DNA of 63,735 nucleotides, filler included, from Octopus bimaculoides (Eukaryota): NCBI RefSeq assembly GCF_001194135.2. It is 6 parts of 5 records of this genome, joined end to end, with 100 filler letters (N's around TTAATTAATTAA, not from the genome) between each part and the next. Parts side by side here need not be neighbours in the genome. Positions count along the whole stretch, not along the records: positions 1 to 23,406 come from NC_068991.1; 5 more parts are not named here. One strand, 5' to 3'. Positions 1 through 12,079 of this stretch are shown here, in pieces; position 1 is the first letter of the stretch; every line of letters begins with the position of its first letter. The translations under genes and the position numbers were made by a program. The notes beneath the pieces were generated by a model. That model was given only the letters and a program-made list of their open reading frames with translations. It searched no databases and was not told the DNA's origin.

Positions 1-1640
1 GTATCTCATCAACTATGTTAACAGTTGAAGTATTAATATGTTCATTAACATGTGCATGATTATTGGTTGCGTTGGTGTTATTAATAGTTTGGTAGTTATT
101 TGTATTGTTATCAATAATAAGACAATTTTTATTTTCAAGGGTCCTAGCTAGTTCAATGTTTTTTCTATTTAACTTATTGATAATAGATCCTATGTTGGGG
201 AGAGTAGAGTATGAGATATGGATTGTGTGTTGAGAGAAGATTTTATAATATCTATGGTTAGGGTCGAAATTTTTTTGTAAGATATCCATAAATTTCTTAT
301 AGATGTTTGTAGATACTGCATAGTTGTAAGGGATGTAAAGCCATATAGAATTTTTTCTTCTAAATTTGTAATATGAAGGGGGTTTGCGGTTATCATAAGT
401 ATTTGGGGTTATATTATTGCTTCTACTATCATTTGTAGTTTTCTTATTGGGATCTATCTTGTTATGTAAAGTAATTTTCCTATTTCTATTTTTATAGCCA
501 TTATTATAATTTCTTAAGCTAGGTATTTTATTGGTGTTAATATGGTTGTGTAGGCATTTATCAGGTTGTATTACATTTTTATTCCTATTGATAGGTTATT
601 ATTAGTAGGTCTTATCTTACCATTATTTACGATAATTAAATTTTTATTATTGGTAACATTATTTAGGATAATTAGATTATCATTATTAGTATTATTATCA
701 TTATTGTTACGATCACATTTAATAGATTTAGGAATAAGGAAAGAAATTTTTTGATCATAGCCCACTCTTGATAAAGCTTCAGCTTCATTGTAGTAATGAG
801 AATTAGATTTAAAGATGTCATGGTTTGAGGACAGTTTAGTTAATCTATCGGAAATGTTTTTTACAATAGATTTTAAAATATTTGGGGGGGGTGTTTCGAT
901 GATCTATTTACATATTTAGTGACTTCATTTTCTTTTCTATCGGGATAGTGCAATTTAGAGCTAATATTAAGAGTGGTATCAAGAAAGTTAACGATTTTAG
1001 TACCATATTCAAAAGTAATGCTAAGGTTAAAGCTTTTAAAGAATTTTCTAATATTCTTTCTCATTCTCTCTATGGTTGATTTGTTGTTGGTGGGTATGAT
1101 AAATAATGCATCATCCCTATNNNNNNNNNNNNNNNNNNNNNNNNNNNNNNNNNNNNNNNNNNNNNNNNNNNNNNNNNNNNNNNNNNNNNNNNNNNNNNNN
1201 NNNNNNNNNNNNNNNNNNNNNNNAATTTGTTATTTCAGCTGAATCACTCGATCCCATTGGGATATCAAAGTTATCAGGGGTGTCAGATCTGGTCCAGAGC
1301 TTATCTTCGAATTCGATGATGGTTTTTCTAGCTAAAAGTATTATGTCAATTTTTTCTCTAGTAATTAGGGATCTATTTTTAGCAAATATGAGAGCTTTGT
1401 TCAGGAGTATAGGAGAAATGCTAGAATAGTAATTGTTGATATCGAATTGGATGAAGGAAAAATTATTATTGTTGTCAATAGAGTTAAACCAATTAAGAGC
1501 TTCATCTGTATTAATCTATAATTTAAGAGTAAGGTTAGGAATAATGAACGGTATAATATTATCTAAAATAAGCTTACTTAATCTACCAATATCAGATCTA
1601 GTTGGGCAAGGCTTTGTAGTTGGGGTAGACTTAGTGGTGT
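1..1640 (-). mobile_element. Penelope-like retroelement (PLE) reverse transcriptase, degenerate, runs off the window start
   Basis: Minus-strand translation gives FIQFDINNYYSSIS, FDIPMGSSDSAEI, VNFLDTTLN...YVNRSSKHPP, NEALSRVGY and NSIWLYIPYNYAVSTNIYKKFMDILQKNF...ISYSTLPN. These match recalled PLE RT palm/thumb motifs (FDIxxFYPSI, MGSxDGAE, FLD, SNHPP, WFNPPY). Frameshift near 880; N-gap 1121-1223. Confidence 0.85.
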
Positions 1641-1892
1641 GTTGTGTTCTTGAGCAAAACACTTCCTCTCACATTCCTCTCTGATCACTTTGACACCTGA
1701 CGCATGATACACCATACACCTGTTCAGACAATGTCAATTTGATGCAGAGAGTGAGCTAATGTGCAGTACAAGCATTTGATCACTATAAACAAATCATTTG
1801 TGTTGGTCATTTCGGTAAAAGCTGAATGTTTATATGCCGTCTTCGAAAGGAGAGTTCATCATGTATATATTTTTATAGATATATATTCTTTT

Positions 1893-2107
1893 ATTCTTTT
1901 ATTTGTTCAGTCATTTGACTGTGGCCATGCTGGAGCTCCGGCTTTTGTCAAACAAATCAACCCCAGCAGTTATTCTTTGCAAGCCTAGTACTTCTATTGG
2001 TCTCTTTTGCCAAACTGCTAAGTTATGGGGATGTAAACATGCCAACATAGGTTGTCAAGTGGTGATAGGGAACAAACACAAAGATACACACACAAATAGA
2101 TATGTAC

Positions 2108-2144
<37 letters not shown>

Positions 2145-2230
2145 GGAGTAAGCACATGCAATGTGCAACAAGGGAACGTGAAACTCAGAGTAACGGTTTT
2201 TTTGTTATATTTCTGCTGCTTTTAAATAAA

Positions 2231-2267
<37 letters not shown>

Positions 2268-2420
2268 ACAGGATTCTTTCAGTTTCCATCTACCAAATCC
2301 ACTCACAAGGCTTTGGTCAACCCAAGGTTATAGTAGAAGATACTTACCTAAAGTGCCATGCAGTGGGACTGAACCTGGGACCATATGGTTGGGAAGCAAG
2401 CTTCTTACCACACAGCCATG
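1893..2420 (-). mobile_element. tRNA-derived SINE family A, split at its internal (TA)n by an 89-bp insert
   Basis: 3' body (1893-2100) and tRNA-like head (2265-2420, minus-strand B-box GGTTCAGTCCC) align with the complete copies at 10931, 31184, 34505 and 55005. Confidence 0.85.
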
Positions 2421-2600
2421 TGTGTACCTATATACACACACACACACACACACAAATATAAAGGAATAAACAATTGTCTTATTCCTTTGTTATCTCATTT
2501 TCTTATTACTTGTCTCACACATTGTTCTGAAACACACGTATATTGAGTTCTTCACCAGGTTAATGCCTAAGCGAAATAATATCTATATTTATATAGGTGC

Positions 2601-3009
2601 AGGTAGAATGAGTATGGGGTATGAAATTTGCTTCTCAACCACATGATTTCAAACGCAGTCCCAACGGCATAACACCTTGGGCAAGTATTTTCTACTTTAG
2701 CTCCAGGCCAATCAAAGCCTTGTGAATGGATTTGATAGCAGGAAACTGAAAGACACCTGTCATGTATTGTGTGAGTGTGTGTGTGTGTGTGTGTGTGTCC
2801 TTGTCTTGACATTGTGATAGTTGTAAACAAGTGTCATCAACATGCAAGCAGTGTCGTGTCCCACATTTCCAATCTTCCATGTAAGCATTCTTGGTCATCG
2901 AAAAATATTACTTTACATACGAACAGGCGAAGATTTGGGACAGAAAATCTGCTCAACACATTCTGATGAAAACATGCAAGCATGAAACAGTGGACATTAA
3001 AATGATGAT
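2601..3009 (+). mobile_element. SINE with family-A head and an RTE-like 3' tail
   Basis: Head has accttgggcaagt...aaagccttgtgaatggatttg as in family A. After (TG)n the body differs and ends catgcaagcatgaaacagtggacattaaaatgatgat, resembling the RTE LINE 3' end. Confidence 0.7.
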
Positions 3010-5360
3010 AGGGAAGCTTGGAGACATGTATATCTAGCCAGGAAAAAAGCAGTAAAGAAGAAGTTTGCCTATGTTCAGCAACATGAGGACCAAAGATTGC
3101 CAGACAGTATGTGAGAGAAAATTGTGATGTCCTAGGAGCAATGTGTCCACATGGATGATGGTGCACTTGCATTTAATGATTCTGCAAAGAAAGAGGCTTC
3201 GAAATTTCCATTATGAAAGACTGTTGAACATGGAGAATGAATGGGAAGAGGAGAGTCTGCCAAATGTTGACCCAACTGAGGGACCAGCTATCCGAATTGA
3301 CAGTACCTTGAAAGCCCCCATCAGGAATCACCACTAAGATGCTTAAAATATCTGGTAGTGTGGGTTATAGTCTAGTCACCCGCATTGTAAATCAGGTGGT
3401 ACACGAAGGAGTCACACCCAATGACTGGTGCAGCAACACCATAGTCAACTGCTACAAAGGTAAAGGTGACGCTTTAGATACAAATAATTACAGAGGTATC
3501 AAGTTGTTGGGTCAGGTAATGAAGGTCATGGAGAGGGTCATAGTCCAACTAATTAGGGAGCGAGTCAGTTTAAAGGAGATGCAGTTTGGGTTCATGCCAG
3601 GGAAAAGCACCACTGATGCTACATTTCTGGTAAGACAGCTGCAGGAGAAATACCTAGCCAAAGATAAATCTCTGTACCTGGCTTTTGTTGACTTGGAGAA
3701 AGCCTTTGACAGGGTCCCCTGATCCCTTATCTGGTGATCAATGCAGAAACTAGGAATAGATAAATGGTTGGTGAGAGCTGTACAAGCCATGTACAGAGAG
3801 GCTGTCAGTAAGTTGAGGGTTGGCAATGAGTACAGCGAAGAATTCAAGGTACAAGTAGGGGTTCACCAATAAGTGATCCTCAGTCCCATCTTGTTAATCA
3901 TAGTTTTCCAGGCAATAACAGAGGAAATTTAGACAGGCTGCCACTGGGGGCTTCTCACTCCTCTAAGCTGATGACCTTATTCTTATAGCTAAATCACCAC
4001 CAGAACTAGAGAAGAAATTTCAGGTATGGAAAGAAGGTCTAGAATTGAAGAGCCTTAGAGTTAACATAGCAAAAACCAAAGTCTTAGTAAGTATAAAGGC
4101 ACTCAGATCACAAATCCCTGCTTGACCTGTAAAAAATGGCATAGGTAGAAACTTCATAAGATGTACCCAATGTAAGATATGGGCACATAAGATGTACAGC
4201 AATATCAGAGGAAGGTTTACAGGGAAAATAGCTTTTGTGTGTAGAAGATGCACAGATACAATAAGCACCAAAAATGTACAGAAAATAGACTCTCTCAACT
4301 GCTAGGTGAGGTAAGCTAGAGGTAATAAACAGCTTCCATGATCTATGTAACAAAGTTAGTAGTGGAGGTGGATGCTCTGACAGCATAGCTATGAAAATAA
4401 GAATAGGCTGGGCAAAGTTCAGAGAGCTCCTACCTCTACTGGCAACAAAGGGCCCCTCCCCCAGAGTGAAAGACTGAGTGTATGATGCCTGTGTGTGACC
4501 AGCTGTACTACACAACAGTGGAACATGGGCTGTGACAGCTGAGGACATGCATAAGTTTGAAAGAAATGAAGTCAGTATGTTTCACTGGATGTGCAATGCT
4601 AGTATGCATGTACGACATGACAGAGTATAAACATCTTAAGAAAAATGTTGGACATAAGAGGCATCAGATGTGGTGTGCAAAAGAGATGACTGTGCTGGTA
4701 TAGTCATGTGATGTATGTGGATGAGGACAGCTGTGTAAAGAAATGCCAATCTCTAACTGTGGACGGAACCTGTGGTAGAGGTAGACTCAGGAAGACATAG
4801 GACGAGGTGGTGAAGCATGATCTTCAAACTTTGGGCCTCATGAAGGCAATGACTAGCGACTGAGACCTTTGGTGATATGCTGTGCTTAAGAAGACCCATC
4901 AAGCCAAGTGAAATTGTAGTCATGGCTGATGCTGGCACCTGTGCTGGTGGCACACAAAAAGCACCTTTTGAGTGTTGGACCTCACGGAGGGAAAGTGGCC
5001 GATGCCGTAACTGGCACCCATGCTGGTGGCATGTAAAAAGCACCTTTTGAGCATTGGGCCTAATGGCAGCAAGGTGGCCAATGGGAAAAGCATCCTTTGA
5101 GTGTTGGGCCTCACGAAGGCAATGATGAATGACTAAGATCTTTGGCATTATGTCATGCTTGAGAAGATCCATCAAGCCAAGTAAAATAGCAGGCGTGGCA
5201 GATACTGGTGTCACACAAAAGCCACCCATACCAGTGGCACATAAAAGCACCCATTACACTCTCAGAGTGGTTGGCATTAGGAAGGACATCCAGCCATAGA
5301 AACCATGCCAAATCAGACTGGTGTCTGGTGCAGCCTTCCAGTTTGCCAGCATGGACAATG
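3010..5360 (+). mobile_element. RTE-clade LINE, 5'-truncated, RT pseudogene plus 3' UTR
   Basis: ORF fragments HYERLLNMENEW, NNYRGIKLL, QFGFMPGKSTTDATFLVRQLQEKYLAK...AFVDLEKAFDRVP and a decayed (Y)ADD site near 3968; stops and frameshifts; 3' UTR as in other copies in the window. Confidence 0.92.
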
Positions 5361-5919
5361 GGAAAATACTAATAATTAAGTTTACTCTGAAATGTTAATA
5401 TGAACAGAATAAAACGAATTTTATGTAAATTGGACAAGTGCTTTTTAAGATAGAAGTTTTCAGGGTATAAATACTCAAAATGGTGCATAATGGGAAAATA
5501 TTCCGAAAATAATCTTAATCCTGAAAGGGAAGAAATTCTTATCTTTTGATTAGACACAATGAATTGACAACGAAAAGATAAGTTGTTTTTTTACAGTAAA
5601 TGTTTCTATTTTCGCTTTTGTTAAACACAATATTTTAATCATTTAGAAATATTTTTATGTGAATGTTATTTCAAAAATGTAAGATGTTTGTACAGTAAGT
5701 ATTTATATTTTAGCTTTCTTTAAACAGACAATATTTTAATGTTTTTTAAATTATTTTCAAGTGGATTCCATTACAAAAATGTTTTTTTTGGCATATTTAA
5801 AAAATATTTTAAAGTGAAAATGACTTTAAAACTATGGTAAATATTTTGTAAAAGACCTGTTCATAACCTCAGTGTGAAATAGATTTTTCTCAAGTGCATT
5901 CAATATATCTCACCTCCAA

Positions 5920-6032
5920 AGATTTGACAGCTATTTCTAGCATGCCCTGCTACCATGTAACAGCTTTTGCAATAAAGGACCTGAAATACCTGTTACGTGG
6001 TAGCAGGGCATGCAAGAAATAGCAGCCAAATC
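5920..6032. repeat. Near-perfect inverted repeat (about 44-bp arms, about 26-nt loop)
   Basis: agatttgacagctatttctagcatgccctgctaccatgtaacag pairs with ctgttacgtggtagcagggcatgcaagaaatagcagccaaatcc with about 5 mismatches. Confidence 0.9.
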
Positions 6033-6188
6033 CTTCCTTTTCTGGAGAAAGGAGCCGCTTGCATGTGATTTCAATGTCACATTCATTGAAAGTATGTAAA
6101 ATAACCTGGAAAAGAAAAAACAAACCATGAAACAAAACTCCATTGTTAGGAAACTCAGAGTTTCTCGGTGACCCAGCAGGTAGTCTAG

Positions 6189-6224
<36 letters not shown>

Positions 6225-6226
6225 AT

Positions 6227-6268
<42 letters not shown>

Positions 6269-7389
6269 GTACACACACTCAAGCTGTTGACATACATACA
6301 TACATACGTACATACACACATAATACATACATGTATGGATATAGATATATATGTAGGTGTCAAGTTGGAGGTCAAGAATGGAACAAATTAACTCCCTTCT
6401 TATAATGCATTCTTGTTTCCATTGCCTACAAGGGGCTTAAGAGCTCTGGAAGTACATTTTAACAAGTGATATGATACACCTGGCCTCTCCCTCTTATCTA
6501 AATTTACTGGACCTCCAATTTCAGGGGTAAAATCTTAAACAAAATTTTGCTATAATTGTAAATTATCTCAGCCTTCCATGTCCTCAATGGCTTAATTCTT
6601 AACTTTGGCAGATGAAGCTAATGCTTTGTAGACAAAAACTTTGTCTGGCCAATCGTAATAGATGAGATACCAGACTACTCACTACAGTGAAATGCATCAC
6701 CCATTGTCACAAAATCTTTATGCTGTGGAACCAAGCTGGTAGTTGTGAATTTGGTGGTGGTGATATGTCTGATCGATCTCCATCTAAAATGCAATCGATG
6801 TCCTCCTAAAACAATTTGCACAATGTTTTTTCATCTTTTTAAAATTTTCATCACAAAACTTTCTGAACTTTTTCAATTTTTCTATATTTAATTTTGATGT
6901 AACAGTGTATGAACTCCATTGATGGAAAGCTAATCTCACTAATATTTATTTAAATCTATCTATAACAATGTAGATCAACACTGCATGGATCACTCAACAT
7001 CTTTTATTAACTTAGGTATATCCAAGGGGTTTTTAACAATAAGACTGCTAAAATTTTCATAACCAATGTGGATTTTATACATTAATAGTGTGTTTATATT
7101 TAAATTACATTATACACTGAATACAACAATTTGAAACAGAAAAGAGAAGCTGGCCCATATGATGGAACTTATATATATCTGTCATTTGCTGAATGGTAAA
7201 ATACAAAGTTTAAGTACTGTTAGTGTTTGTGTTTGTCTTGTCTCTCTCAGGGTGTTTGGGCTAAATTTGACAGTTGGCATAAAAGGAAAAGCAAACAATA
7301 TTTTATCCAGAAATAAAGTATTTTAAAACACCAAAAAATATCAACTAGATTATGACTGGGGGAAAACAGTTTACATAAAGTAGTCACCC

Positions 7390-7612
7390 TAAGCTTCTAC
7401 CACAGGTGGCTCCGGAACCTGGTGCATGCATTCCCCACTATATCTCTGGGAAGATCTTTGAACACCTCCTTAACTCCCATCCTGGTTGGACTGGTGTTGT
7501 GGACAGAGCTGGTTGGTGTCTTTCTCAACTGTGCCCCACACATGGTTGGGGGAATTAGGAAGCCAGAAATTGGATCTGGTGAAGTCATAGAAATTCTCTG
7601 ACAATCACTTCT
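7390..7612 (-). mobile_element. Tc1/mariner (DD37D/maT-like) transposase C-terminal fragment
   Basis: Frameshifted minus-strand translation NFYDFTRSNFWLPNSP..HVWGTVEKDTN...KEVFKDLPRDIVGNACTRFRSHL, resembling the WPPNSPDxNPxDYxxW...FRSRLE motif. Confidence 0.75.
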
Positions 7613-7689
7613 GACTCTAGAGGTAAGGCAAGGAGCTGAATCTTGCTGTCATACATATGGTCTTCAAGCAGTAACCCTTTCCAGCTAGG

Positions 7690-8070
7690 GATTGAGCACA
7701 CTCTCTAGCTGCTTCATATAGCCATCTGCATTGAGCTTGAGGCCCTGTTCAAACATACAGGTGTAAATTCTGGCAGACATAATAAGAATGCCTGCAATGC
7801 CCCTTCCTACTGGTTACAGCTTCATAATTTCCATTGCAGCTGTCCATGTCATGTCTTACAGCCTTTACAGTGTTCACAAAGCCTTGAGCAGCAGTCATGA
7901 TGTTGGCATTTTGATACCTAACACAAATCCTGGTGATAAAGGTAACTCTTTTCCAGCATAAAGATGGCTTCCAGTCCTCCATGTCAACTAACTTTTCCTC
8001 AACTACAGCTTTAATCTTTGATTGTTCAGTGGTAATTAAAGCTGTTCTTGAAATAAGAAGACACAAAAAA
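7690..8070 (-). mobile_element. RTE (BovB-like) RT fragment
   Basis: Minus-strand AAQGFVNTVKAVRHDMDSCNGNYEAVT resembles the GCPxKFVNxVxxFHDGM region of RTE RT; heavily decayed. Confidence 0.5.
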
Positions 8071-8134
8071 TCGTTGAATTTAGCCAGAACACCTTCTAGT
8101 TTATTTATATTTACATTTGTTTAATGCAATTTCA

Positions 8135-8412
8135 GTTAAGTTCACCTACAATTTATCACAGAAGAGTTCACTGCCATCAATTCACCATGAAGAAAGTTCA
8201 CCGCCATCAATTCACCATGAAGAAAGTTCACCATGAGAAAAGTTCACTACAAAGAAAGTTTACTGAGAAAATATATCCATAGTATCTCACCGGTAATAGT
8301 TCAAAACTATTTTATTTACAAAAAAAAATGAGAATAATTGAAGTTGAAAAATTATGTCAAAACATTTGTCCAGTGAACTTTCCTTGTGGTGAATTGATGA
8401 CAGTGAACTTAC
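8135..8412. mobile_element. Foldback-type MITE with subterminal tandem repeats
   Basis: Left side has repeated aagttcac(t/c)gccatcaattcaccatgaaga; right side has its reverse complement cagtgaactttccttgtggtgaattgatgacagtgaactt. Confidence 0.65.
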
Positions 8413-8506
8413 TTTAGTTTAATGCATCATATGATTTAATAATCCAACTAATGTTTAATTATTTTTTTCTTATTTACTTTTCCTTTTTTTTTTGTCTTTA
8501 TTTCAG

Positions 8507-8600
8507 TCTGCAATACCTGGAGATACACCATCTCCACCTTGTCCTCACAGCAATGACACAAATTCATTTTATTTTTCTACATACACGGACAATAACACAG
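8507..8600 (+). CDS. FSIP1: FSIP1-like gene, exon A (internal; phase 0 to 1)
   Basis: Long pyrimidine tract + tttcag acceptor; open frame SAIPGDTPSPPCPHSNDTNSFYFSTYTDNNT; donor g|gtatat; phase fits exon 10666. No conserved motif here, so supported by splice signals only. Confidence 0.6.
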
Positions 8601-9430
8601 GTATATATATATATATATTTCTTTTTTGCAAACAATTTACAGATGTAAGTGCTACCAGTTGAAAGCTCCACATACCAGATGCTAGCAAGTTTATGGTGTC
8701 ATCAGGAGAGAATGTGCCATTTCAGGGCTTTCCTCTTGACAACATCATTGCACGCACAACCCCACTCACTGAAATGAGGCTCTGTTTTCTGGTTGTCAGG
8801 TTTCACTCAATATTCTTCTAGCCATTGCTCATCATCTCTTCCTAACCAAATCCAGTGGCTTGCCTTTTCCACTGTAGTCAGAATATCACTCATGGTGGTA
8901 TTTACTATATGATGAGTCAGGCTTAGTCTACAGTTTCTAGTGTGGTACAACAAATGAGAGAAGGCTCAGTAGTAATTGGTCATAGTTGTAGAATGTATTG
9001 ATCATAATTCTGGTTCAATCCCTCTGCATGGTACCTTGTGCAAGTGTCTTCTATAGTAACCTGCAGCCAACCAAAACCTTCATTATACCAAGTTCATTGT
9101 GCAGAATATTCTCAGCTCTCTCAGAAGTTATGCTGGTAGCATTGGTTGTTTGATTTATAGCCAATTGCTGTTATCCATTATCATGTGACAAACATGATCA
9201 ATGTTCTCCTCGGTGATGGCAGTTGCAAGATGTCCAAACTTTGAGTCATTTTTCAAGACTCTCCATTCTCCTCCTAAATTCAGTGGCCCACTGTTGCACC
9301 GTTTGATAAAGCTGGAACATAATTACTTAATGTAGCAATGATAACAGCATGAATGTCATTGGGGGCTAAACCCTTTTATCTACAAGTTAAGTGATGGTGG
9401 GACACACACATACACACACACACATGCACG

Positions 9431-9486
<56 letters not shown>

Positions 9487-9488
<2 letters not shown>

Positions 9489-9645
9489 CACACATGACAG
9501 ACTTCTTTCAGTTTCCATCTACCAAGTCCACTCACAAGGTGTTGGTCAGCCTGAGGCTATAGCAGAAGACATTTACCCAAGGTACCACACAGAGGGACTG
9601 AATCTGGAACAATGTAGCTGGGAAGCAAATTTTTACCACACACCA
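9487..9645 (-). mobile_element. SINE family A, 5' half
   Basis: gacagacttctttcagtttccatctaccaagtccactcacaagg...ggactgaatctggaac matches the family-A head. Confidence 0.8.
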
Positions 9646-9970
9646 ATGTCTGCAACTGAAAATGTTGTTCGCAGACACTACAGAAAATTGAACTCTTCCT
9701 CTCTAATTCCGGCTGAGCTAAATGACCCCTGATGTTGTGATTATTTTTTTTACATATATCTATTAGTCTATCTATGTCCCTCTACTCTTATATGTATCCA
9801 GTGTAACCTAGTTCAGTGTATGTCCCAGTGTCTAATTTATATATCTCTGCTCATATGTGCATCTATAAATGTGTATTGACATATATTTATACATGTATCT
9901 GTATGCACCTTACATGGGTGTGTGAATATATATGCATATGTACATGTGTATATCTATATGACACGTAAAA

Positions 9971-10150
9971 GCACCTACTACACTCTCTGAGTGGTTGGCA
10001 TTAGGAAGGGCATCCAGCTGTAGAAACTCTGCCAAATTTAGATTGGAGCCTGGTGTTGCCATCCGGTTTCACCAGTCCTCAGTCAAGTCGTCCAACCCAT
10101 GCTAGCATGGAAAGCGGACGTTAAACGATGATGATGATGATGATGATGAT
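9971..10150 (+). mobile_element. RTE LINE 3' tail (severely 5'-truncated, young)
   Basis: ctacactctctgagtggttggcattaggaagggcatcc...gcatggaaagcggacgttaaac(gat)n; almost identical to 40363-40540. Confidence 0.88.
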
Positions 10151-10199
10151 TAACACACAAATGTGTATTGTACATGGATGTATACGTATCTTTGTACCT

Positions 10200-10500
10200 G
10201 TAGTCATGTCTCTCTGCATCTGCCCCTCATTTGTGTCTTGGAGGACATAAGAGCACAGCAGCAAAATATACTGCAAAAAAAAGAAACACAGGCATCAGGG
10301 TCTCCCTGTTTCACACTACTCTCTACTGGAAAAGGCTCAGAGTGTGTGCCCCCAAATTTTACTCTGGCTTTCATGTCTTTACGGACAGCTTTCAGTGTTT
10401 TTACAAACTTTTGAGGGCATCCAAATTTAGACAAAACCTCCTCCATTGTGTAAGATATGCATAAGATAGTTTAAAAACTGTCATCTGCATGACTCATTAG
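10200..10500 (-). mobile_element. RTE (BovB-like) RT fragment
   Basis: ORF EVLSKFGCPQKFVKTLKAVRKDMKARVKFGGTHSEPFPVESSVKQG is the RTE RT region leading to the GVxQG motif. Confidence 0.8.
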
Positions 10501-10665
10501 AGCAATCTGTGTTCTCACACCAGCTACAAAGCATGACTATTTTGTTTCATTTTAATTGTAATATCAGAACTGAATAATGACAGTAATGGGAGCTGTTTTT
10601 TTTTTTCTTTTTTATTTCTCTACCTCTTGAATGGAATAACTTGACTTGCAATGTTTACACTCAAG

Positions 10666-10897
10666 TGAATCCTAACAGAACCAAAGGGAACAACAAGGAG
10701 AATATTTCAGCAAAAACATATCCTGAGTTCTTCAAATATAATATTAACTTCAATGAGTATTTAAGAGGGGTTCCAGAAAATGAGTACGCTAATTATTTTG
10801 AAGGATTTAATGAAATCAGAAGACTTGACCACATTTTGTATGAGAAGCTCACCAAGGAGAAAGAAGCTAAGATGCAGAGTGCTCTTTTACAAAAACA
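10666..10897 (+). CDS. FSIP1: FSIP1-like gene, exon B (phase 1 to 2)
   Basis: First AG after a polypyrimidine tract; donor ca|gtaaat. Encodes ...GFNEIRRLDHILYEKLTKEKEAKMQSALLQK, resembling recalled FSIP1 AIxKMKKLDKILAKKxxREKEIKKQG. Confidence 0.8.
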
Positions 10898-10930
10898 GTA
10901 AATTTTAAAACTTTTTATTAGTATCTTTAT

Positions 10931-11342
10931 TACTCTTTCTCTTTTTACTCTCTTTTTACTCTTTTTACTTGTTTCAGTCATTTGACTGAGGCCATGCTGG
11001 AGCACTGCCTTTAGTCGAGCAAATCGACCCCAGGACTTATTCTTTGGAAGCCTAGTACTTATTTTATCAGTATCTTTTGCCAAACCGCTAAGTTACAGGG
11101 ATGTAAACACCACCATCGGTTGTTAAGCAATGTTGGGGGGGGGGCAAACACAGACACACAAACATACACACACATACATCCATATATATATATATATACG
11201 ACGGGCTTCTTTCAGTTTCCGTCTACCAAATCCACTCACAAGGCTTTGGTCAGCCTGAAGACACTTGCCCAAGGTGCTACGCAGTGGGACTGAACCCGGA
11301 ACCATGTGGTTGGTAAGCAAGCTACTTACCACACAGCCACTC
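10931..11342 (-). mobile_element. SINE family A, near full length
   Basis: Minus strand starts gagtggctgtgtggtaagtagcttgcttaccaaccacatggttccgggttcagtccc (A and B boxes), has an internal (TA)/(TG) tract and ends in (AAAAGAGT)-like repeats. Confidence 0.92.
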
Positions 11343-11654
11343 TTAATTTGAAAAGTATATCCAAAAATGTACATCTTGTTTACATACTTAAAAATGATTT
11401 CAAATCTCACTGAGCTCAACTTTACTTTCAATAAAATAAAATATCAGTTAACTGAGGTCGATGTATTCAACTTATTCCCCACCCCTAATTTAAGGCCTTG
11501 TGCCTATAGCAGAAAAGATTACTATTATTATTATTGAGTGAGAGAGCAGTGCATGCCATCAAAGTGACACTGGGATAAAATATAAGAAGCCCAATACACC
11601 TGTCGTGATTACCTGTCTGATAAGGGTACATCAGGCACATGTGTCACAACCATA

Positions 11655-11800
11655 TGATTCAAATTCTGCTGAGGTTGACTTTGCCTTTCATCCTTTCAGG
11701 ATTGATAAATTAAGTACCAGTGAAACACTGGGGTCGATATAATCGACTAGCCCCTCTCCCAGAATTTCAGGCCTCGTGCCTTTAGTAGAAAGGATTATTA
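11655..11800 (+). mobile_element. tRNA-derived SINE family B (Meta/V-domain-like core) with (ATT)n tail
   Basis: ttcaaattctgctgaggttgactttgcctttcatcctttcaggattgataaattaagtaccag core; related copies near 14310, 22700, 28495, 35050, 48680 and 63190-63590. The domain name is from memory. Confidence 0.75.
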
Positions 11801-11816
11801 TTATCATTCTTACTAC

Positions 11817-11889
<73 letters not shown>

Positions 11890-12031
11890 GTTCAGTAGTT
11901 TTATTTTTATAACGTGCTTCCACTTCACTACTGAGCGCAGCTCTGTGTGCCTTGGGTATGTGCTCTGGTTTGCTGTGATGCTCTTATGGTTACCGTATTG
12001 AAAGTGTTTTGCGTAGGATGTGTGCAGTGCC

Positions 12032-12032
<1 letters not shown>
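11890..12032 (-). mobile_element. Dong/R4-type non-LTR element, 3' end, inside (ATT)n
   Basis: Minus strand reads GTAHILRKTLSIR-stop, then a UTR ending aataaaactactgaa + (taa)n; (ATT)n on both sides; homologous to 48935-49090. Confidence 0.8.

Positions 12033-12079
<47 letters not shown>

Noticed and set aside
2963-2990. CTGATGA...GAAAC hammerhead-like string
   Set aside because: There are extra bases before stem II and no stem I/III; it is part of the SINE/RTE tail.
7141-7317. Possible upstream FSIP1-like exons (KREAGPYDGTYIYLSFAEW / VFGLNLTVGIKGKANNILSRNK)
   Set aside because: The phases fit exon A, but the intron would be only 55 bp, there is no start codon and no recognisable FSIP1 N-terminal motif.
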